IMG/VR virus record: IMGVR_UViG_3300018424_000006
Location: 155,820 to 219,819 of that record
DNA length: 64,000 bases
Direction: 5' to 3' (one strand)
Shown here: positions 57,355 to 64,000 of the stretch, piece by piece
Layout of the letters: every line of letters begins with the position of its first letter
Numbering within the stretch: position 1 is the stretch's first letter
Made by a program: the position numbers and the translations under genes
The notes under the pieces: model-generated
Told to the model about the DNA's origin: nothing
What the model saw: only the letters and a program-made list of their open reading frames with translations
Databases searched by the model: none

Positions 57355-57765
57355 GTGACTGATATAAAAGAATTAGATACAAGTCCAGATAACGTAGTAG
57401 AGTTGGTTCAAGCTAAACGACTTGAAATGTTACTGGATGATACATCAGACATCGATAAGACTAGACTAGAGCTTATGCGAGATCTGGCTAAAACCGCAAC
57501 TGATACTAACCGCATTCAAGCAGATAAGACTGCCGCAGATTCTAATGCAGAATTGGCGCGCGCCCTTATTGCTGGAATTAATAGTTCCAAAAAGGATGAT
57601 CCTTTTGCTATTGACGTTGACTATGAAGTTATCGCTGATGAAGCAAACATCCCTACTCTCTCTCAAGAGGACCTACCTGAGTTTGAGTTAAATGATAATG
57701 AGACTTCTACTGAACAAAGTAGTATGACTTATAAAGAAATGTTTGCTGCCACTGACGAAGAATAG
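57355..57765 (+). CDS. Conserved hypothetical acidic protein
   Basis: 136 aa, GTG start with GGAGG RBS, followed by a terminator. Confidence 0.72.
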   Translation: MTDIKELDTSPDNVVELVQAKRLEMLLDDTSDIDKTRLELMRDLAKTATDTNRIQADKTAADSNAELARALIAGINSSKKDDPFAIDVDYEVIADEANIPTLSQEDLPEFELNDNETSTEQSSMTYKEMFAATDEE

Positions 57766-57774
57766 GACAGCATT

Positions 57775-57806
57775 ATACCACCTAGACCATTCGGTCTAGG
57801 TGGTAT
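57775..57806. terminator. Bidirectional terminator
   Basis: ATACCACCTAGACC-attc-GGTCTAGGTGGTAT 14-bp stem. Confidence 0.8.
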
Positions 57807-57810
57807 GGTT

Positions 57811-58536
57811 TTATGCCGTCGTCCCGATGAGTTTAGCCAACTCAATATCAAAGCTGAAATCTTTAAGAGGCAAAAGGTTTAATTCCAGGTGTTCGGCTAA
57901 GAACATCTTAGAACCCGTTACTGCGTCTCGAAGATCTATCTCTTCTTCTGCTCTGGGCTTAATGGCCTTTATAGGACCAGACAGCATAAACCTAGGCATT
58001 TTGTTTTCTTTCAGCTCTTCCCCATGCATACTTAACCATTCGTCTACTTCATAAGTTATATACTGAGTATACTGAGAAACAGATTTTGGATTAAGAAACT
58101 GCTGAGGAATACTAACGATGTTAACAGACTCCGCGCCCTTAAAAGAATCCTGCATGGCAGAAAGAATAACTTCCTTTTCTGCATCGGAGAACTTATAGGG
58201 ATATAGATTAACCGTTATATTTACGTATTGTTTTACAGGAGACTTATCTCGAGTAGATACGCAACTATAAATGTGGTCTTGGATTTGAACAAGCATGTTA
58301 GTAGGTAAAACCTGCCCCTTAATATCTTCAACTGTTCTTTCCATATAAGCTTTAAGGAAAGAACTGTTATCAAAGTCAGGGACAAGATCAGAGAATAAAT
58401 CCGAAATCCGGGTATGGTAAGTATTCTCTTTAAGAATAGTATCGGACGACTGACGATCAATTCGATTTAAAATAGGGATACGAGTATCCCAGATACAATC
58501 TAAATCAACCAGTAAGTTATCGTTATAGCTATTCAC
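57811..58536 (-). CDS. Conserved phiKZ-like hypothetical protein
   Basis: 241 aa; LVDLDCIWDTR and TVNLYPY motifs; lies in the gp149 neighbourhood. Confidence 0.72.
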   Translation of the reverse strand: MNSYNDNLLVDLDCIWDTRIPILNRIDRQSSDTILKENTYHTRISDLFSDLVPDFDNSSFLKAYMERTVEDIKGQVLPTNMLVQIQDHIYSCVSTRDKSPVKQYVNITVNLYPYKFSDAEKEVILSAMQDSFKGAESVNIVSIPQQFLNPKSVSQYTQYITYEVDEWLSMHGEELKENKMPRFMLSGPIKAIKPRAEEEIDLRDAVTGSKMFLAEHLELNLLPLKDFSFDIELAKLIGTTA

Positions 58537-58957
58537 TAACCACCTCTATCTGCTCAAGAAGAGCAATCATAATAATGACCGGTCGCTTCATTATAACCTG
58601 ATAGTGAGCTTTGTAGCTTTGCTCGTTATAAGCGTCGTCATTTACGAACGAACCCATAGAGATAGCTAAAGACTCGACTATATTACCAAGGTCAACATTA
58701 TTCAGATTGCCACGAATACATAGCTGACTAAAAAGCTTCTTTAGTAAAGCTAACTTAACTTTAGGAATGTTCTTGATGAACTTATCAACTTCCCCGTTAG
58801 CCAAGATCTCAGATACACAAATATCTTGTAACCCTTTCCAGCTACCCAGTCCTAATATAGCCCCTGCTTCTTCTTTACTGAGCTTCTGTAAAAGTTCAGC
58901 TAGAATATCAGTTGCATATTTAACAGTTGTCGTTTCGACTACTTTCATTTTTATCAC
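58529..58957 (-). CDS. Hypothetical protein
   Basis: 142 aa, coupled to neighbours by overlaps. Confidence 0.68.
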   Translation of the reverse strand: MIKMKVVETTTVKYATDILAELLQKLSKEEAGAILGLGSWKGLQDICVSEILANGEVDKFIKNIPKVKLALLKKLFSQLCIRGNLNNVDLGNIVESLAISMGSFVNDDAYNEQSYKAHYQVIMKRPVIIMIALLEQIEVVSE

Positions 58958-59625
58958 GCTAATAAATCATTATCGAGATGCATGGCAAATAAGATAGCGG
59001 CAAATGTTTCATTCGCTTTCGTGTTAGTGCCAGCTTCTTCGATGGGTTTTAGACTATAGCTACCTTGCTCAACCATCGACTTGTTCATATGGCGGAATGC
59101 TGCCGCGTCACCGCCACGAACTTTAATCATTTCAACGAGACTGTTTTCAAAACCTTTAGAGTTAAGAACCAAAAGCTCTGGCATAGAAATGGATGAACCT
59201 TTACTATCGCCAGTAGCCTGGCCAGACAAGTGGTCAACAACTCGATCATCAGGCGGAAGAGACTTCTTCTTAATAAGGTGCTGTTCTTGACGACGAACAG
59301 GCATAGGTAGAACCAGATATTTAAGTGGAGTAGTAAACTCCTCTCCGGTCTGTGGGTCGGTTAACTTAAGATGATGGAAAAGATCCAAACCTAGTTCTTC
59401 AGCTACCTTTAATGCCTGTCCTTTAAAGACTTCGTTTTCACTTAAGTTAGGAGCATATAAAGGAACGGCCCATTCGCCATCCCTCGCTTTCTCCATATAT
59501 GCCTTGAAGTCTTTCTCGGATAAAGAGTTCAAATGGTCAGCAACCATCTTAATGCCGTCGTTTTTAGGCGCTAGTTTTTCAAGTTGTTTTACAATGAACT
59601 CTATTGTTTTTGCTTTGTTGGACAC
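58954..59625 (-). CDS. Virion RNA polymerase beta C-terminal subunit (gp149-like)
   Basis: RRQEQHLIKKKS, DHLSGQATG.SK...S.PE..VL...G and KVRGGD correspond to the RpoB C-terminal region. Confidence 0.85.
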   Translation of the reverse strand: MSNKAKTIEFIVKQLEKLAPKNDGIKMVADHLNSLSEKDFKAYMEKARDGEWAVPLYAPNLSENEVFKGQALKVAEELGLDLFHHLKLTDPQTGEEFTTPLKYLVLPMPVRRQEQHLIKKKSLPPDDRVVDHLSGQATGDSKGSSISMPELLVLNSKGFENSLVEMIKVRGGDAAAFRHMNKSMVEQGSYSLKPIEEAGTNTKANETFAAILFAMHLDNDLLA

Positions 59626-59638
59626 AGGGAAATCCTCT

Positions 59639-60025
59639 TTACATAGGGCCCTGAATTACAACACTGCGCGAGATAATTTCAGGGTGCCTTTCAATTGCAC
59701 TACATATGATTTCCTCAGTTTCTTTAATGAACGAAATCACATCCTGATAGTTTCTTTCTCGACAAGTCTTAACAAATAAACTAGTATCTAAACCGGCAGC
59801 TTCAAACTGTCTAGCCCAATACTCAGTCATCCAATAGACTTGCCCGGCGGGAGGAACCATATTAATGCTGTCCAGTATACCCGGCAGTTGTTCAGTAAGG
59901 TGCTGTAGGAATTCATCGCCTGCAAAACTATCGCTTCCTAGAGAAAGGCTGCGGTACATTTCCATGATGATATCCTTGGACGCGTAATTCGCGCCCGGGA
60001 TTGTGGAGATAGAGACAGAAGTCAT
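59639..60025 (-). CDS. Hypothetical protein
   Basis: 128 aa between uvsX and the gp149-like gene. Confidence 0.65.
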   Translation of the reverse strand: MTSVSISTIPGANYASKDIIMEMYRSLSLGSDSFAGDEFLQHLTEQLPGILDSINMVPPAGQVYWMTEYWARQFEAAGLDTSLFVKTCRERNYQDVISFIKETEEIICSAIERHPEIISRSVVIQGPM

Positions 60026-60026
60026 T

Positions 60027-61448
60027 TTATTCTTTTCCCTTTTGTGCAGGCAGCCAGAATGGATGGTATTCGCCTGTACGCATTTTAAGTAAATCCATAG
60101 TTGATAGGTAAGGAAGTTCTAACGGAGCGTCTTCCTCAAAACACCACCAACCGCGTGTGTTCAATAATACATCCCAATCATAACCTTTAGACTTAAGATC
60201 GTCATAAAGGTCTTTAGGAGAACAGATGTATTTCTCATCCAAGTTCCAGTGACGCTGCATCTGTGCCATCTGAGCAGTAATCTCAATAGCGCGTGCTAAT
60301 CTAGCATCTTCTAGAACTTTATGGGCTACAGTAGTACGACCCAATTTAACACCCGGATAGATATCCATTTCATAACTTACGTTATTACCACTGATACCGA
60401 AACGGTCTGCTGTTTCTTTTAAATAATGGAACTCAGTAAGTGTAGGCTGGAAACCACGAGTCTGAGAAACGATCAAGTTAAATTGGAAACCAGAAGGACC
60501 ATTCTTGTTACGAGTATTAACCATACGCACTAACATTAAGTCGATAGTACCTTCCTGACGATCGGATTCGCCAAATGGATATTTAGCTGTACGGTCACTA
60601 GAAGAATTGATCAATGGTTTGGCATCGAAGATTTCGAATAGGTTATTGTTAATGAATTCGAATTTCTCAGTAGCGCCTTTAACAGTTGCGCCTTTACGGG
60701 AGTGAGCTAACTTAGCTGCTTTAGGTGCATATTGATCCATCTCAATCTTGTTGCCTGTATGAGCAACCATACCAAATAACATATTGTTTTTAGTAGTCAT
60801 GTTTGGCAACTGAGTAATAAGCTGAGCCTTAGCCGCACCTTCTTTCATGAACTGGGTATTGGCACCAGATTCACCTACAGCATTCTTATCTACAATTTTA
60901 CCTTCAACAGAACTTATCTTGAACTGAGATAATGAATCAACAACCAGCATTACCGGAGGCATCATCTTAAGGTTTTTATCGCCGAAGTCTTTAAACGGAG
61001 TCGTCTTAAGTAATTTATCTTCAACTTTCTTACGTTCATCTAAAGACTTCTTAATTTCTTCAAACCACTTATCGCCTAAGATATCTCCGCTAGAAACAAG
61101 CTGGATAATTTCAGCTGACGTAGGGTCGTCTAAGTCAATATGTTTTAATCGAGCAAAATTTTCAAGGATAGATTTAAGGCGCTCATATGTGAAACTACCT
61201 TCGGTGTCATATACACCCATAAAGCTACCTTTATAGCGACTAAGTACAGTTAAGAAAACATACATAGTCAAAGCAGTTTTAAAGCTATTCTGTGGACCAA
61301 TAATAGAATTGATAGATGATAGTCCAGACGAAAGAATAGATTCTCCATTCTTACCGGTAAGATAGTTGCCAGTCGGAATGTCTAAAAGTCCCCCTAAACT
61401 GAACTGAGGTTTAATCTTTGAAGCAGTGGGTAATCGGTTAAAGAACAT
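60027..61448 (-). CDS. uvsX: UvsX/RecA-like recombinase (phiKZ gp152-like)
   Basis: Walker A GPQNSFKT, YDTEGS and Walker B VVDSLS; 473 aa. Confidence 0.9.
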   Translation of the reverse strand: MFFNRLPTASKIKPQFSLGGLLDIPTGNYLTGKNGESILSSGLSSINSIIGPQNSFKTALTMYVFLTVLSRYKGSFMGVYDTEGSFTYERLKSILENFARLKHIDLDDPTSAEIIQLVSSGDILGDKWFEEIKKSLDERKKVEDKLLKTTPFKDFGDKNLKMMPPVMLVVDSLSQFKISSVEGKIVDKNAVGESGANTQFMKEGAAKAQLITQLPNMTTKNNMLFGMVAHTGNKIEMDQYAPKAAKLAHSRKGATVKGATEKFEFINNNLFEIFDAKPLINSSSDRTAKYPFGESDRQEGTIDLMLVRMVNTRNKNGPSGFQFNLIVSQTRGFQPTLTEFHYLKETADRFGISGNNVSYEMDIYPGVKLGRTTVAHKVLEDARLARAIEITAQMAQMQRHWNLDEKYICSPKDLYDDLKSKGYDWDVLLNTRGWWCFEEDAPLELPYLSTMDLLKMRTGEYHPFWLPAQKGKE

Positions 61449-61549
61449 GTAATTAAATCCTTATGCACTTGATGGTATGTTGAGGCACGTTTGCCTTATA
61501 TACGAAAAAGCTTTTATGTATTTTATTCTTAAGAAAGAAGGCCTGTAAA

Positions 61550-62383
61550 ATGAACGAACATTTTATGAAAATGCGCCAAGCTTTGGAAGTTGAGACGTCA
61601 ACTACTGTAGCTGGTAATGAAGGCCTTGGTGATATCATCTCACGCGTGATGGGTGATTTCAAACAAGGTTTCGCAGGAAGTGGATTTGTCGAAGATATCG
61701 ACTCAGCTAAAGAGGATTTTAGTCGTAATCTACTATCCGAAAAATTAATAGCCGACTTGGAAGAAGTTGGTTTCAATAAAGTTAAAGATATTCCGGTATA
61801 TCGTCCTGAGCGCCTTAAAGTAAATATGCAGCGCGCCGCTAATACTTTAACGGAAGCTATCGACGAAACTAAAGGTATCGCAGAATCTTTGTTGTTGCCT
61901 GTAGCCCAATGGTTCGAAAAAGCTGTTACAGAGAAAGACTTCCGCGAGAAGATCTGGACGGCTAAAGAAGTGAAGCCTGCTGACATTGACGGTATTACTG
62001 ACAAGGTAGCTAAGCTTTATGATAAGAAGCGTAATGGTGAAGCAGACACTGCTAAATTCCGTGAGCTTTATCCTTCCGTTAAAGTGTTCAAGGAATGTGG
62101 AAACATTCTATTTGAACTTCGTAAGAAGGTAGAAGAGATTGATCTAGACGAAGTATCTCGTTTGGAAGATCGCTTAACCGAAGCAGTTCGTCTTTATCAA
62201 AAAGAGAACCTAGTTTCTGAAATTCCTAAAGATACTTCTCGTCGTCTTGCTGTTATGTTCCGTCACATTGGTGATGAGATGGAATTGCTAACCAGCGTAA
62301 TTGTTCAGGCTAAGAAACTTATCGTTGCATATAGCGATACCTTAGAAGGACTGGAAGAAGACCTCAAAGAACTGGAGGGCTAA
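61550..62383 (+). CDS. Virion (internal head-type) protein, gp153-like
   Basis: 277 aa; VAGNEGLGD resembles S/A/G-x-E protease-processing sites of phiKZ head proteins; coiled-coil composition. Confidence 0.7.
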   Translation: MNEHFMKMRQALEVETSTTVAGNEGLGDIISRVMGDFKQGFAGSGFVEDIDSAKEDFSRNLLSEKLIADLEEVGFNKVKDIPVYRPERLKVNMQRAANTLTEAIDETKGIAESLLLPVAQWFEKAVTEKDFREKIWTAKEVKPADIDGITDKVAKLYDKKRNGEADTAKFRELYPSVKVFKECGNILFELRKKVEEIDLDEVSRLEDRLTEAVRLYQKENLVSEIPKDTSRRLAVMFRHIGDEMELLTSVIVQAKKLIVAYSDTLEGLEEDLKELEG

Positions 62384-62386
62384 TAA

Positions 62387-63688
62387 ATGAATGTATTTAT
62401 TAAAGGCTTTGGTCGATTAAATGCATATCTAGATACAGTAGATGGAGGCATCTCTCCTGTAGGTGAACTATCTACTCAATCTAAAACGTTCAGTATCGAC
62501 AAAGACGTCCTTCGTGACCCAACGAAAGATGCTGGCGAAGCAGTAATCTTCCACTCAAAAGGTGAAGATAAATCTGACTATGCAATCCCCACTTCTTTCA
62601 AAGATGAGATCTTAGATATCATCGAAACGGTAAATGGGTTTGATGACCAGTCTACCGCCGAAGCTCAGTTCAATGCGGTATTCAATGCCAAGCCATGGAC
62701 AGATGTAGTAATCGGTCCTTCTGTACTGGGTAATGCTCAAAATATTCCTGCCTACGTTTTATTCAAAACTGTTATCGGTCTAGATACAATTGAATTTAAA
62801 CTATGGTTTGCTGACAGTACATTCCAGACTGAATATGACGAATGGAGCATCTTGCTGGTTCCGCCTGTAGACGATCTAAACTCTCTATGGGGAACGTATG
62901 CTGATGTTTCCAATGCATTAGTAAATGTTAAGTTAACTGATCGCCTAAGTAAAGTTGAGCCTCTTAAGGCCGGTAATCCAGAAACCAAACTAATGGGTTC
63001 TACGATCACTTGGCAAGACCGCGCAGATAACTCTCGTCTACTTCAGACCGAATGGACCGTAATCGGTTATGGCCCTAAGTCCTCTGCCCAAGAAAACATC
63101 ATGGAAGCTGTCCGTGAGTACTTGGTCGATAACTCGTCATATACCATTGAACAATGGGTAGAGCATTTCCCTGAGATTGTAGCCCTAGATAGCTATACGT
63201 TTATTCCTTTATGGGACCAGCCAGCTATCTCTGTAGCCGGACAATCTGAGTCTGTATTCAATCCTAGTATTGCTTATGCAGATGTTGTGCCTAGAACTCA
63301 ATTAGTTATCCCCGCTCTTTCTGAAACTGAAATTCAGAACCGTGCCGATATAACCAGTATTCTTTATAAGAGCATTGGTTTCATTGTTATGGGTGAAGCA
63401 GCAAATGCCGTTGATGCTATTCGTTTCACGGATCGCTTTACTGATTATGCAGTATTGGCAACTAATGACGCGAACATCAACCGTCTATCTGAAACAACCA
63501 AACAGGTTATTCAGGGACTGGAGCGTTTGGCTCGTCAGTGTGAAGTGGATGACGGCATCTCAGCGCTACCTGCTGATATGAACCGTATTACGACTGGTCA
63601 ATTAACTCTAGTTACTTTGACTATCGGTACAGCTCAACTTAAGATGGGTACAAAGAACAGCTATATGGCTGTTGTTAATGCTGTCTAA
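62387..63688 (+). CDS. Conserved virion structural protein
   Basis: 433 aa; SP.GELST.S.TFS.D, FKLWFAD..F..EYDE and FIPLWD motifs. Confidence 0.75.
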   Translation: MNVFIKGFGRLNAYLDTVDGGISPVGELSTQSKTFSIDKDVLRDPTKDAGEAVIFHSKGEDKSDYAIPTSFKDEILDIIETVNGFDDQSTAEAQFNAVFNAKPWTDVVIGPSVLGNAQNIPAYVLFKTVIGLDTIEFKLWFADSTFQTEYDEWSILLVPPVDDLNSLWGTYADVSNALVNVKLTDRLSKVEPLKAGNPETKLMGSTITWQDRADNSRLLQTEWTVIGYGPKSSAQENIMEAVREYLVDNSSYTIEQWVEHFPEIVALDSYTFIPLWDQPAISVAGQSESVFNPSIAYADVVPRTQLVIPALSETEIQNRADITSILYKSIGFIVMGEAANAVDAIRFTDRFTDYAVLATNDANINRLSETTKQVIQGLERLARQCEVDDGISALPADMNRITTGQLTLVTLTIGTAQLKMGTKNSYMAVVNAV

Positions 63689-63700
63689 TAGGAGGTAGTT

Positions 63701-64000
63701 ATGCCACTTAATAATACGCCCCCTATTAACGCCACAGGGGAGTATAGTTTATCTGCTCCCTTTTCTACTCCTTCTGGTGCCATTTACCGCTGTGAGGCCA
63801 TACAGGGCTTTGAGGCGCTGGATCAGAAGAATGTAGATATCTTTGCTACGTACTACGAACCTCATGGCTTGACTAGTCAAGACTATGAGAACGATAGAAC
63901 AAATGCAATAAATATCATTACGTTGATATCCGATGTAGAACCTACGATCTATGTGCCTAGTTCATATATCGCTGGCTTCCCTACAACTACTAATATTCCG
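63701..64000 (+). CDS. Conserved virion structural protein (partial, runs off the window end)
   Basis: ATG 63701 with AGGAGG RBS: MPLNNTPPINATGEYSLSAPF...YVPSSYIAGFP; open to the end. Confidence 0.7.
   Translation, partial: MPLNNTPPINATGEYSLSAPFSTPSGAIYRCEAIQGFEALDQKNVDIFATYYEPHGLTSQDYENDRTNAINIITLISDVEPTIYVPSSYIAGFPTTTNIP

Noticed and set aside
1-64000. Many antisense or nested ORFs in the track (e.g. 4259, 14326, 17600, 22981, 33567, 36473, 38090, 44672, 53391, 61453)
   Set aside because: They lie opposite or within well-supported genes, lack RBSs and show shadow-ORF composition.
1-64000. CRISPR arrays, tRNA genes, inteins and stop-codon reassignment
   Set aside because: No regularly spaced repeats or cloverleaf motifs were seen by eye; terminase, RNAP and UvsX show no intein-sized insertions; conserved genes are intact in the standard code and TAG, TAA and TGA all serve as stops.

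Overview
This is a 64 kb segment of a nucleus-forming, phiKZ-like jumbo phage (Chimalliviridae-type), read in the standard genetic code. Family assignments come from recognisable motifs plus recalled phiKZ gene order; no database search was run. Core genes: PhuZ tubulin, tail tube and sheath, three baseplate/virion genes, large terminase, prohead protease, virion RNA polymerase subunits (gp178-, gp180- and gp149-like), a gp181/gp182-like tail pair, UvsX/RecA and several virion proteins. The vRNAP beta gene is interrupted by a complete group I intron (34844-36375, minus strand) carrying a NUMOD4-HNH homing endonuclease. Its frame-preserving 3' splice site ends in A rather than the canonical omega-G. 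Between the core blocks lie accessory genes, many downstream of a repeated minus-strand AATTCTATATTAC early-promoter motif. Top leads: (1) an ORF-free, strongly base-paired ~430-nt region (7519-7947) with four CTTCTCC motifs complementary to the phage's GGAGAA ribosome-binding sites, a candidate new large ncRNA; (2) the apparent omega-A intron; (3) two unannotated paralogous zinc-finger microproteins; (4) a six-gene paralog array with a GGTS motif; (5) a NUMOD4 protein with an SSB-like tail; (6) a tandem-duplicated PD-(D/E)xK-like protein. No tRNA, rRNA or CRISPR array was seen.
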